From the NCBI GenBank assembly GCA_944362765.1, contig CALVTP010000002.1, positions 52,550 through 116,549 of the forward strand: 64,000 nucleotides of DNA. Direction: 5' to 3'. Shown piece after piece: positions 24,165-33,021 of this stretch. Each line of letters opens with the position of its first letter. Position 1 is the first letter of the stretch. Source of the DNA: an uncultured Clostridia bacterium (GTDB lineage: Bacteria > Bacillota > Clostridia > Christensenellales > DTU072). Under the pieces are notes generated by a model. The model was not told where the DNA came from. It saw only the letters and a program-made list of their open reading frames with translations, and did no database searches. The translations under genes were made by a program, and so were the position numbers.

Positions 24165-25943
24165 ATGTCCGGAGCAACTGCCGAAGTATCGACCCAAACG
24201 GTCACAGCTCAACCCGCGCTCAAGACCTACACATCCAAAGAGCGCAACTTTTATCTTGCCGGCATGGTGGGGCAGAACATCATCTACAACATCATCGGTT
24301 CGGCGCTTTCCTATTATTTCCAATTTACTTTATTGATTCCCGCAATCGGCGTCAGCACGATAATGGCGATAGCGCGGGTCTGGGACGCCGTCAACGACCC
24401 GATCATGGGTACGATAGTTGACAGGACGCGTTCCAAGTGGGGTAAATGCCGCCCCTTCCTCATCTATTGTCCGTTGCCGCTGTTTATAGTGACGACGTTG
24501 TGTTTCGTCAACTTCGGATTCTATAATGCCAACGACATTGCGATGAACGTGCTTATCATCGGCTGGGCGGTATTTACATACCTGTTGTGGGAAATTGCCT
24601 ATACCGTAGGCGACATTCCGCTGTGGGGCGTGACCTCGCTGATGACCGAGGACGAAAAGGACAGGAACAAGCTGCTTTCGCTGGCGCGTATTTTCGGCGG
24701 TGTCGGCGCAGGTATCACCCTTCTTGCGATGCAGCCCGCGGCGCTTGCGATAGGCGGCTGGTTAGCGGAGCCGATAGGGATTGAAGAGGCGGGCTCCGAG
24801 GAAGCGTGGGAGGCTTTGAACGATAAACAGGCGGAGCTCAGCGCGACTTTCAACGTCGAGCTTGAAAAGTACAACGCCGATCCCGAAGGGTATGAGGCGG
24901 CAACCGGCTTGGACTATGAAAAGCTGGCGGCGAAATATCTCACCACCGATCCCGTTATCGCGGAGGCTACCCGCCAGGGCGAAAGGTGGGGCTTTACGAT
25001 AGCGGCGCTGGCGTTCGGGCTGTTGGGCTGCGGGCTCTTCCAGCTGTGCGGACCGAACATAAAAGAGAGGGTGCCTTCCTCCGAAAAACAATATACTCTG
25101 AAAGAGAACATTCAGATAATGTTCAGGAACAAGCCGTTCAGGCAGATCCTGATCTCCGGCATTCTCGGAAGCCCGAGAATGCTGATACAGACGGCAGCGA
25201 TGCCGCTTATTTCCTACTACTTTGCCGACAAAAACCCGATAATGGCGATGGTTTATATGGTGGTGCTCGGCGGGGGAGTTTTCGTCGGTCAGTTTGCCGC
25301 GATGGCGTTCGCGCCGAAGGTGCTGACCAAAGTTTCCAAAAAGAACCTCTATAATTACTCCAACCTTGCGGGCGTGGTGCCGTTCATGCTGATCTACGTC
25401 TTCTATAAAGCCGACCCCACGGGGCTTGCCGATTGGGGCTGGGTGGTAGCGCTGTTCTTCCTGTTTATAGTGGCGGGCGGCTCGCTCGGTTTTTCGACGG
25501 TGCTGCAATCGTACATGATAGCCGACTGTATCGACTACGAGGAATACACCCGCGGCGTAAGAACGGACGGCGTATTCTTTGCGGGACAGACATTTATCGC
25601 CAAGATGCAATCGGGTATTGCCGCCATCATTTCGGGTATATTTTACTCCATATATAAATTCTCCGATGAAAATATCGATAAGGTCAACAACTACATCTCG
25701 GCGGGACTCACCCCGAGGGACATTCCGGAGTTCGAGCCCTTTATGCGGGTGCTGTTCGTCATAGTCTCCATTCCGCCGGCGATAGGCTGTATCCTGACGG
25801 TGATTCCTACATGGAAGTATTGCCTTGACGACGGCGAACACAAGCGCATCCTGGCGGAACTTGCCGCAAGACGTGCCGCCGCGGAAGGCGGGGAAAACGT
25901 TATGGGAGAGGTGACCGCGGAAGCCGGAGCCGACGACCAATAA
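24165..25943 (+). CDS. GPH-family (glycoside-pentoside-hexuronide):cation symporter, MFS superfamily
   Basis: GPH signature IARVWDAVNDPIMGTIVDRTRSKWGKCRPF. About 12 hydrophobic segments. ATG at 24165 with AAGGAG 9 nt upstream, preferred over TTG at 24144. 592 aa, including a charged central insert of about 75 aa. Confidence 0.85.
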   Translation: MSGATAEVSTQTVTAQPALKTYTSKERNFYLAGMVGQNIIYNIIGSALSYYFQFTLLIPAIGVSTIMAIARVWDAVNDPIMGTIVDRTRSKWGKCRPFLIYCPLPLFIVTTLCFVNFGFYNANDIAMNVLIIGWAVFTYLLWEIAYTVGDIPLWGVTSLMTEDEKDRNKLLSLARIFGGVGAGITLLAMQPAALAIGGWLAEPIGIEEAGSEEAWEALNDKQAELSATFNVELEKYNADPEGYEAATGLDYEKLAAKYLTTDPVIAEATRQGERWGFTIAALAFGLLGCGLFQLCGPNIKERVPSSEKQYTLKENIQIMFRNKPFRQILISGILGSPRMLIQTAAMPLISYYFADKNPIMAMVYMVVLGGGVFVGQFAAMAFAPKVLTKVSKKNLYNYSNLAGVVPFMLIYVFYKADPTGLADWGWVVALFFLFIVAGGSLGFSTVLQSYMIADCIDYEEYTRGVRTDGVFFAGQTFIAKMQSGIAAIISGIFYSIYKFSDENIDKVNNYISAGLTPRDIPEFEPFMRVLFVIVSIPPAIGCILTVIPTWKYCLDDGEHKRILAELAARRAAAEGGENVMGEVTAEAGADDQ

Positions 25944-26160
25944 CCCGAAAATAAGTGTATATAACCCCTTTAACCAAGTCGGGAGCGTCCCTTTTCGGGG
26001 CGCTTTCGACGTTTTCGGGCGGGGAGCGCCGTCCGTACGGAAGAAAATCAAAAGACATCGTTTCCGAGACTTTGCCCGGGGAAAAAGGCGCGGCATGAAG
26101 GAAAACGCGCCTTAAAATTTCGTGGCGGATTTAATTTTACTCCGGGGCGGAATTTTGCTA

Positions 26161-26189
26161 TTGACAGAACGCCTTTTTTGGTTTAGTAT
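26161..26189 (+). promoter_or_regulatory. Sigma-A-type promoter of the lipoprotein/mutarotase-like/ROK operon
   Basis: TTGACA (26161-26166), 17-bp spacer, TAGTAT (26184-26189). Confidence 0.55.
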
Positions 26190-26247
26190 TATTATGTATA
26201 GAAGCGCGGGCGCGCTTGTTCGCGCGCATACACGTGAAAGAGGTAAC

Positions 26248-29200
26248 ATGTCGAAGAAAATTCCGCTCATTTTAATAGCCGCATTGATGGTCACGGCTCT
26301 GGCGTTTATCGTCATGGGCTGCGAGCGGAAAAGCGGCGAGGCGGAGCGCATAGAGGTCTTCGACACTCATATTTATCTTGCGCCGTACGGTGACGCCGAC
26401 TCTCCCTACGGCGACCCCTCCACTTACAAGATAGAAACCAACGTTTACCCGTTGGAAACCGCCGACCAGGGGGTGCATTTTTCGTTGAAGAACTCCCGCG
26501 ACAGGGAGTATCTGTCGGTAGGAGTCGACGGCACGATAAGCGCGAAAGGGGAGGTCAAAGCCGACGAGGAAGGCAATATTCAGGATATCGTCGTCGTGGT
26601 TACCAGTAACCAGAATCCTTCGCTCAGCGTCGAGATCACCGTCACGATAGAGGAATGTGAAGTCGAAAGGATATATTTCGACGACAACAATCTTATAGCC
26701 TATCTTTACGAAGATCCGGTACAGATAATTCCGCGCTTTTCGCCGGCGCACGCCATAATAGGAAGAAACGTCGAGTTTACATCCGACGACACAACGATAG
26801 CCGAGGTGGATGACTCCGGTTTGGTGACTCCTCTTCAGCCGAAGAAAGTGGCGGTCTGGGTGAGTACGCCCAGGCAGGGCGCGTTCGACGTTCCGGTGAG
26901 GGGCTTTATCACTATAGACGCCCGCTATGCCGACCTCAATTACAGCATGGATTTATTAAGCGAGCCCGGTGTGATGAAACAGATCTACGGCTCGCCCGAG
27001 ACGCTGCAGTTCACCCTTTTAAGGCTTTCCGATATCTGCGATCCCGAGCCCAATATAATCTGGTACGTCAACTCTACCCAAATAGACGACGGTGTTTCCA
27101 GAAACAACACCACGCTGAATTACACCCCCTCGACGCTCCCGCCGGGCGAATACAACATAAGGGCGGAGCTGTATAATTCGACGCAAAGCCTCACTCTGGT
27201 TTCGGAAACCCTGATAATTTACGAGCCGTTGCAGGCGATAAGCCTCGATATGTCCGGCACTTCCGATTCGGCGGAGTTTATTGTAGGCGACGTCGCAAAC
27301 TTCATCGTCACCTATACCAACGGACAATATCCGCCCGACCAATATCGTTGGACGGTAACTCATCAGCCGCTTTCAGGCGCGGCGAGCAGCTATTCCTTCA
27401 ACAGGGCGCCTGCTTCCGCCTCCTCTTCCGGCAACCGTACGCCCGACCTCGGATATCAATTCGACGAACCCGGCAGCTACACCGTCTCCGTAGAAGCATA
27501 CGTAAAGGGCGCGCCCACCGGCATTGTCGGGCGCCCGGTCACGCTGACGGTGCTTTCGAAAGGGGACGAAAGGAATATCTACGGCATGAAGGTGGACGGC
27601 ATTTACGAGGCGGGCGAAACCTATGCCGAAATCAGGTGGGACGCGCTGCCGTACGACTCCGAAATCATCATCGAAATCGATAACGGCGTCAGGATCGTTT
27701 CGATATCTTCCGATTCGAGCGAGTATGCCGAGTACTTCTCGCCCGGCTCCTTCAAGGTGCCCGCGAGGCTTGCCGGACTCGATATAGACTTCAGAGTGCG
27801 CATGCGCTCCGGTAATACCTCCTGGACGGAATGGATGGAATACTCCGCCTCCGATATCCAGGGAAGCGCATACCCGTATTTTGAAGAGATAGTGCCCGGC
27901 ACCGGTCTGGACAGTTATATTTCCGACATCGAAGAGCTCGGGGAACTCATCAATTACTTCTCCCTCTTCCGCCCCGAAACCGACTTCGTCGACGTCAACG
28001 GAGACAATTATACAGTCAACTTCGAATTGTATATCCCTATAAATTACGACGCCGAGATCTCCGAAAGCGACTATCCGTTCGCCGACAGGTTTGCCGACGC
28101 CGGCATCAGGGACTTCAACAATGCCCAGAAGAACGCATATAAGGTGCTAGCGGCGGCGATCTATTCCTATGTCGACACCGTCAACATGAGCTATACCATT
28201 GCCAAAGATTCCGTTCAGGGCGGCAGAGTAGGTTACACGCTTACATTCCTTTCAAGTTCGATTCCCGACGCCGAGTCCGACACCGGAGGCGGTTACGAAA
28301 ACGCCGCAATCTTTACGCACTATTCCGACTCCCCGCGCGGCGAACAAGGCGTGCTTCCGATAGAAAAACTTTCCGCCGATACAATGAGTGTTTCGACCTC
28401 GGGACAGCTCCTGTATGCGCTCACGCGCGGATACAGACCCGTTCCTCGGGCGGGTTCCGACGCCGAAACCGTCTACAACGCGGCAAAGAAGATATTGAAC
28501 TCCGTCATAGGCGACGAGATGACGGACTACGAAAAGGCGCTCGCAATCTTTGATTGGATGACGCTGAACGTCGCTTACGACCATGCAGCCGCCGCGGCGG
28601 GCGAAGTCAATTACTCCGACAGGGCGTTCTTTATCGAGGGCGCGCTCTTCGACGGCGTCGCCGTCTGCGACGGTATTTCGAAGACTTACTCCTTGCTGAT
28701 GCTCCTGGAAGGTATCCATACATACAGAGTCTTCGGCAACTCCAATGGCGTGCCGCATGCCTGGAACGCCGCTGTAATCGACGGCAAGCTGTATTATGTC
28801 GATCCCACCTGGGCAAACACCACTACCAACTGGGGCGGCGAGCAGCTGGAACTCATCTCCTACGACACCTTCATGATGACCGAAGAGGAACTTGACGTCG
28901 GGCACGTTACCTATGGCGTCTACCCCGCGACCCCCGACGAAGGGCGCTCGGAAGAAGTGTACGAGGCGGAGACCGCGGAGGGCTTTGACTTTACGATAAA
29001 CGACGACTCGGAATTCCTTCCGGTGTTCGGATACATTGTCGATCACACCGAAAATAACGAAGTTTGGGTATCCGTTTGGATAGATTATGAGTACCTGAAC
29101 AGCGATAGATTCCTCGGCATGACCAATAACCAAATAGAAACCGAATTGCAAAACATGGCTCAGACGGCGACTCAGGAAAACGATGCGGAAATCACTTCCG

Positions 29201-29265
29201 TACGCATAAACAAACTCGGATATAACGGCTGGGAATTTTGGGCGAGAGTCGTCATTACGGGATAG
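26248..29265 (+). CDS. Large lipoprotein with Big_2-like Ig domain(s) and a C-terminal transglutaminase-like cysteine protease core
   Basis: MSKKIPLILIAALMVTALAFIVMGC|ERK (signal peptide plus lipobox) with RBS GAAAGAGG. Big_2-like FSPAHAIIGRNVEFTSDDTTIAEVDDSGLVTP. Predicted catalytic triad: Cys in GVAVCDGISKTY (TGC 28666-28668), His in VPHAWNA (28756-28758), Asp in YVDPTW (28801-28803), with C-30-H-15-D spacing. Confidence 0.8.
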   Translation: MSKKIPLILIAALMVTALAFIVMGCERKSGEAERIEVFDTHIYLAPYGDADSPYGDPSTYKIETNVYPLETADQGVHFSLKNSRDREYLSVGVDGTISAKGEVKADEEGNIQDIVVVVTSNQNPSLSVEITVTIEECEVERIYFDDNNLIAYLYEDPVQIIPRFSPAHAIIGRNVEFTSDDTTIAEVDDSGLVTPLQPKKVAVWVSTPRQGAFDVPVRGFITIDARYADLNYSMDLLSEPGVMKQIYGSPETLQFTLLRLSDICDPEPNIIWYVNSTQIDDGVSRNNTTLNYTPSTLPPGEYNIRAELYNSTQSLTLVSETLIIYEPLQAISLDMSGTSDSAEFIVGDVANFIVTYTNGQYPPDQYRWTVTHQPLSGAASSYSFNRAPASASSSGNRTPDLGYQFDEPGSYTVSVEAYVKGAPTGIVGRPVTLTVLSKGDERNIYGMKVDGIYEAGETYAEIRWDALPYDSEIIIEIDNGVRIVSISSDSSEYAEYFSPGSFKVPARLAGLDIDFRVRMRSGNTSWTEWMEYSASDIQGSAYPYFEEIVPGTGLDSYISDIEELGELINYFSLFRPETDFVDVNGDNYTVNFELYIPINYDAEISESDYPFADRFADAGIRDFNNAQKNAYKVLAAAIYSYVDTVNMSYTIAKDSVQGGRVGYTLTFLSSSIPDAESDTGGGYENAAIFTHYSDSPRGEQGVLPIEKLSADTMSVSTSGQLLYALTRGYRPVPRAGSDAETVYNAAKKILNSVIGDEMTDYEKALAIFDWMTLNVAYDHAAAAAGEVNYSDRAFFIEGALFDGVAVCDGISKTYSLLMLLEGIHTYRVFGNSNGVPHAWNAAVIDGKLYYVDPTWANTTTNWGGEQLELISYDTFMMTEEELDVGHVTYGVYPATPDEGRSEEVYEAETAEGFDFTINDDSEFLPVFGYIVDHTENNEVWVSVWIDYEYLNSDRFLGMTNNQIETELQNMAQTATQENDAEITSVRINKLGYNGWEFWARVVITG

Positions 29266-29293
29266 ACATTATTTTTTTGGAGATAGATTTTTT

Positions 29294-30133
29294 ATGAAAT
29301 CCGGAATAGGAAGCTGTTTTTTGGGCAGGACGCTGGAACTTACGGACGGTAATATCGTTGTGGGCGTGACGCTGGACGTGGGACCCAGGATCATCAAACT
29401 TCAAAAAGTAGGCGGTGAAAACCTCATGTTCGAAGACAGAGGCGACGAAGTCAACAAGGACGTCTCTTCCGTCTACGGTGCCGGCAAAATGTGGCATATC
29501 TACGGCGGACACAGGATGTGGCTTTCGCCCGAGAGTCTTTCCACATACTATCCCGACAATGCTCCCGTCGTCTCGGAACTCACCGCGGACGGAGCCGTGT
29601 TCACCCCGCCCCCGTGGAAAGAATGCGGCGTGCAGCCCGTTTTGCGGCTGAAATTTACGTCTGACGGCGCTTTGGAAGTCATTATGAGTTTCAAAAACAT
29701 TGCCGATTACCCGCAAAAACTCTGCATTTGGGGCTTGACGGTGATGAAGGTGGGCGGCACGCTGACGTTGCCGCTCTCGACGAAGGATACCGGCTTTCTC
29801 GCGAACAGGAACCTGGCGTTTTGGAGCTACACCGATATCCGCGACCCCAGACTGACGCTTGCAAACGACCGCTTCGTGCTGACGGGCTCGGCGGAAGCCG
29901 GAACGCCGCTGAAAATCGGCACATATCTTGACCGCGTACGCGCCGCTTATCGCTACGGCGACACGCTCTTTATCAAAGAATACGATGCAAAACCCGGGGA
30001 ATATCCCGATTTTTGCTGCAACTTCGAAACCTACACAAGTAACCTTATCCATGAGTGCGAGACGCTTTCCGATATCGAGGAAGTGGCTCCGGGCGAGGAA
30101 AAGGTACACGTTGAAAAATGGAGGCTGGAATGA
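29294..30133 (+). CDS. Hypothetical protein, possibly with a mutarotase-like/DUF4380-type beta-sandwich
   Basis: 279-aa ORF with RBS GGAGA. Coding-like composition. ATGA overlap with the next gene. The fold assignment is only an impression (GPRII.L....G.N..F........HIYGGHR.W.SPE). Confidence 0.6.
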   Translation: MKSGIGSCFLGRTLELTDGNIVVGVTLDVGPRIIKLQKVGGENLMFEDRGDEVNKDVSSVYGAGKMWHIYGGHRMWLSPESLSTYYPDNAPVVSELTADGAVFTPPPWKECGVQPVLRLKFTSDGALEVIMSFKNIADYPQKLCIWGLTVMKVGGTLTLPLSTKDTGFLANRNLAFWSYTDIRDPRLTLANDRFVLTGSAEAGTPLKIGTYLDRVRAAYRYGDTLFIKEYDAKPGEYPDFCCNFETYTSNLIHECETLSDIEEVAPGEEKVHVEKWRLE

Positions 30134-31458
30134 CTTTGGACAAGGGCTACCGCCCGATGTATCTGTATCGGAAAAAGTTTTTGGAAGACGCCGATAAGGC
30201 GGGCTCAAAGCCCGTTTCGATAGCGTTGGAAAGAGGAGAAGGTGAGGTCGCGGTCTTTAAAACACGGCTTTACGAAAGCGGGCACGCTAAGGAAAATTTC
30301 AGGTATCTGGAGCGCGTGGTAAAGTTCATGCTCTGGGGTTACGGAGGATACAAATTCCTGATTGCGGGAGCGGACGAGCTGGTAGAGAAGCTTCAGAAGT
30401 GCTATTCACCGACGGGTGCGCGCGCCTTCGACTTCGAGTTCATGCGAGGTGTCTACCTTAGGGAAATCACTTTTGAAAAAGTCCGGGAAGCGGACATTCC
30501 CTCTCCGAAAACACATTCTGAACCGGTCTCGTTGACGGGCTTAGGCAAGCGGATAGGCTTTGACGCGGGCGGTTCCGACAGAAAGGTCACCGCGCTCGAA
30601 AACGGCGTTGTGGTATACGAAAACGAGACTATCTGGAACCCAAAACTCAATTCAGATCCTCAATACCATATTGACGGCATCGCCGATTCCATCAATAAGG
30701 CTTTGGAAAAATTGGGTGGGCGGACAGACCATATCGGAGTTTCCACCGCAGGGATTGTCGTGGACGACGAAGTCAGGGTGGCGTCTCTTTTCAGGAAGGT
30801 ACCCAAGACGCTCTTCCCCGAAAAGATCTTTCCCATCTACAAAAACCTTTCCCAAAAATATTCCTGCCCCGTCAAAGTGGCAAACGACGGCGACGTGGCT
30901 GCGCTCTCCGGCGCATACGCTTTAAACCGCGGCGGAGTTTTAGGCATCGCTATGGGTACTTCGCTTGCGGGCGGCTATATCGACAGAGAGATGAGGATAC
31001 TCGGATATCTGAACGAACTTGCATTCGTACCGGTCGACGAAAATCCGGGCGCTGCAACCGACGAATGGAGCGGCGATGCCGGAGTAGGTGGCATGTACCA
31101 CTCTCAGGACGCCGTCATCAAACTCGCTCCCGAAGCCGGCATCGAACTTGACCCCTCGCTTACTCCCGCCGAGAAGCTGAAAGTCGTTCAAAACCTCGCC
31201 GAAGCCGACGATCCGCGCGCCCTCGATATATTCACAAGACTCGGCGATTATGCGGCGTATACTCTGATGTGGTTTAACGTCTTCTACGACTTCGATATTG
31301 CCATTTTCATGGGCAGAGTGACTTCTGGAAAGGGCGGCGACCGACTTATTGAAAGGGCGAAGGAAGTGCTTGAAAAAGAGGGCAGCAGCCTTATCATAGA
31401 GCTTCCCGACGAAACCTCCCGACGCCTAGGGCAGTCCTATACCGCTTCTTTACTATAA
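30130..31458 (+). CDS. ROK-like/ASKHA-fold sugar kinase family protein
   Basis: 442 aa. IGFDAGGSDRKV (phosphate-1-like), VANDGDVAALSGAY, GIAMGTSLAGGYID. ATG at 30130 with GGAGG upstream, overlapping the upstream stop (ATGA). Confidence 0.6.
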   Translation: MTLDKGYRPMYLYRKKFLEDADKAGSKPVSIALERGEGEVAVFKTRLYESGHAKENFRYLERVVKFMLWGYGGYKFLIAGADELVEKLQKCYSPTGARAFDFEFMRGVYLREITFEKVREADIPSPKTHSEPVSLTGLGKRIGFDAGGSDRKVTALENGVVVYENETIWNPKLNSDPQYHIDGIADSINKALEKLGGRTDHIGVSTAGIVVDDEVRVASLFRKVPKTLFPEKIFPIYKNLSQKYSCPVKVANDGDVAALSGAYALNRGGVLGIAMGTSLAGGYIDREMRILGYLNELAFVPVDENPGAATDEWSGDAGVGGMYHSQDAVIKLAPEAGIELDPSLTPAEKLKVVQNLAEADDPRALDIFTRLGDYAAYTLMWFNVFYDFDIAIFMGRVTSGKGGDRLIERAKEVLEKEGSSLIIELPDETSRRLGQSYTASLL

Positions 31459-31480
31459 TTTTCCTTTGCCCGATTTTAGA

Positions 31481-31600
31481 GTAAGGGAACATTAATTGCT
31501 CGCGAAAACAAAACCTTATGAAAGGAAGTCCGTACCCCGTACGGGCTTTTTTCATAAGGTAGGATAGATGGGCAAAGGAAAATTATAATATACCCGCGGC
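31481..31600. repeat. Repeat A, copy 1 (120 bp) carrying a long terminator hairpin
   Basis: 118/120 identical to 32441-32560. In this copy only, it is flanked by a perfect 18-bp inverted repeat: TATAATTTTCCTTTGCCC (31454-31471) / GGGCAAAGGAAAATTATA (31570-31587). Confidence 0.9.
31514..31559. terminator. Bidirectional rho-independent terminator (extended hairpin) after the ROK-like gene
   Basis: Outer stem CCTTATGAAA/TTTCATAAGG (10 bp) plus inner stem AGTCCGTAC/GTACGGGCT (9 bp, one G-U pair). TTTTTT lies on the + strand, with an A-run equivalent for the - strand. Confidence 0.75.
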
Positions 31601-31603
31601 TAG

Positions 31604-31733
31604 AGGCGCTCTTGGGGGCGCCTTTTCGCGAAGTGTATAGGATTTTAAGGTCTACACCCTACGGGGCGTCTCCGGTCATGTACTTCATTGTACACTCCCT
31701 CCGACGCTTCGCGCAAAATCACCCCCAACACCG
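31604..31733. repeat. Repeat B, copy 1 (~130 bp)
   Basis: About 85-90% identical by eye to 31997-32126. Contains the long-range inverted repeat CGCGAAGTGTA...TGTACAC...CTTCGCG. Confidence 0.85.
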
Positions 31734-31749
31734 GCGAACCCAGCTGTAA

Positions 31750-31851
31750 CTTGTTCAAACAGCATTAATTATTCGCCTTCGCCTCAATCCGCTCCGTATC
31801 CCGTTCGATACACGCTCGTCTACATCTCGACGGCTGTATTTTATAGTGAGG
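31750..31851. repeat. Repeat C, copy 1 (~100 bp)
   Basis: Similar to 32304-32405. The 56-nt core AATCCGCTCCGTATCCCGTTCGATACACGCTCGTCTACATCTCGACG is identical in both copies. Confidence 0.85.
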
Positions 31852-31996
31852 CATTTAATTTTCTTTCCGCAAAGGTAAAAGAAGAAAGCTTTAATTACTC
31901 AAGGAAACAGATTTTAATTGAAAAGGTTTAATACATGTAGTAACATTTATTACAAGGAAGAAATTGAAGCGGAAAGAAAATTTTATCCGCGTATTA

Positions 31997-32126
31997 AGGC
32001 GCTCTTGCGGGTGCCTTTCCGCGAAGTGTACAGGATTTCAAGGTCTACACCCTTCGGGCGTCTCCGGTCATGTACGTCCATGTACACTCCCTTCGACGCT
32101 TCGCGAAAAATCACCCCCGACCATCG
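31997..32126. repeat. Repeat B, copy 2
   Basis: Direct repeat of 31604-31733 with scattered substitutions and one indel. Confidence 0.85.
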
Positions 32127-32303
32127 CTAATTCAAGCTGATTTTTAAAGCGCTGCGCCGAATCTTTTCCGCTTTATCTTCGAAAGCGCCCTCGACAAGAC
32201 CCCGAGGGGTATTGCCTTCGGACGTTTTCTTAGATAAATCAAAAAATCTCTCGCCGAATCGCATTGAAAATCATCTTTCATTAGCCGGGCGCTCCAATTA
32301 TCT

Positions 32304-32405
32304 CTTGCTCAAACAGCTTTCCATTTTCACCTTCGCCCCAATCCGCTCCGTATCCCGTTCGATACACGCTCGTCTACATCTCGACGACTTCATCTTACAG
32401 TGAGG
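32304..32405. repeat. Repeat C, copy 2
   Basis: Direct repeat of 31750-31851. The B-to-C spacing is about 160 bp longer than in copy 1. Confidence 0.85.
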
Positions 32406-32440
32406 GGTTTATTTGTTATAGCCCTTCCCGCAAGAGTGAA

Positions 32441-32560
32441 GTAAGGGAACATTAATTGCTCGCGAAGACAAAACCTTATGAAAGGAAGTCCGTACCCCGT
32501 ACGGGCTTTTTTCATAAGGTAGGATAGATGGGCAAAGGAAAATTATAATATAGCCGCGGC
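32441..32560. repeat. Repeat A, copy 2
   Basis: 118/120 identical to 31481-31600, exactly 960 bp downstream. The left 18-bp inverted repeat is degenerate here. Confidence 0.9.
32474..32519. terminator. Second copy of the extended bidirectional terminator hairpin
   Basis: Identical hairpin to 31514-31559, within repeat A copy 2. Confidence 0.65.
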
Positions 32561-32986
32561 TTGGGGCATATTTTACGTCGCTTTCGGGCAGGACAGGAGC
32601 GAAGCGACTGTCCGTTTTGGAGCAAACTCTTATAATACCGAAGAGAAGGAAGAGATATCGTCTTAGAAAGATAGATTTTGCGGCGGAGTGACGAAATGAG
32701 AGAGCGGCATACGACGTATGCCGCGAACGATATTTTTATACTCCGCCACAAAATATAATTTCTAAGGGGATAAAAATTTCTTCGAAGCGGTATTATTAAA
32801 ATAATGATGGGTACTGTAAGCAAAAAGAACACAGTTTGCACCACTACAAGGCTTGCGACACCAAAGGAAGGCGCGCGCAAGCAACACGCTATTATTCTAT
32901 CTATCACTCAATCCTAAACTATCAATATTTCCGCACGAAAATAAATATAAATCTTCAAATTAAATTAAATAATTTGACAAAAACTA

Positions 32987-33015
32987 TTGCAATTTATTCT
33001 CTTTTATGATATAAT
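32987..33015 (+). promoter_or_regulatory. Orphan near-consensus extended -10 promoter with no ORF behind it
   Basis: TTGCAA (32987-32992), 17-bp spacer, TGaTATAAT (33007-33015). It lies in an AT-rich stretch and points into the hairpin/tandem-repeat region. Confidence 0.5.
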
Positions 33016-33021
33016 TATAGG

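Noticed and set aside
24762-26096. A 444-aa minus-strand ORF opposite the GPH transporter.
   Set aside because: It is antisense to a clear 12-TM transporter gene and has an R/G/P-rich composition.
26122-26247. N-terminal extensions offered by the ORF track for several genes (26122 for the transglutaminase-core lipoprotein, 33985 for the giant gene, 24144 for the transporter, 30118 for the ROK-like gene).
   Set aside because: In each case a downstream ATG has a proper SD. That ATG yields a canonical signal peptide/lipobox or a translationally coupled ATGA start. The extensions also overlap the predicted promoters.
31454-31587. Repeat A copy 1 as a bona fide MITE.
   Set aside because: Only one of the two copies has the 18-bp terminal inverted repeats. 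No target-site duplication is evident, and no transposase is in view. I kept it as a hypothesis within the repeat finding rather than annotating it as a mobile element.
31604-32126. Repeats B/B' as a DGR template/variable repeat pair acting on the giant surface protein.
   Set aside because: Mismatches between the copies are not adenine-specific and include indels. Both copies are non-coding. No reverse transcriptase gene is present.
32512-32907. A 131-aa minus-strand ORF (GTG start, weak AGGA SD) with two hydrophobic segments in the AT-rich non-coding tract. It ends at the bidirectional terminator.
   Set aside because: Its C-terminal part is encoded by repeat A' (the same sequence is non-coding in copy A). 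Its composition is basic and low-complexity, and it matches no family. I cannot exclude a small membrane protein, but the support is too weak to annotate it.
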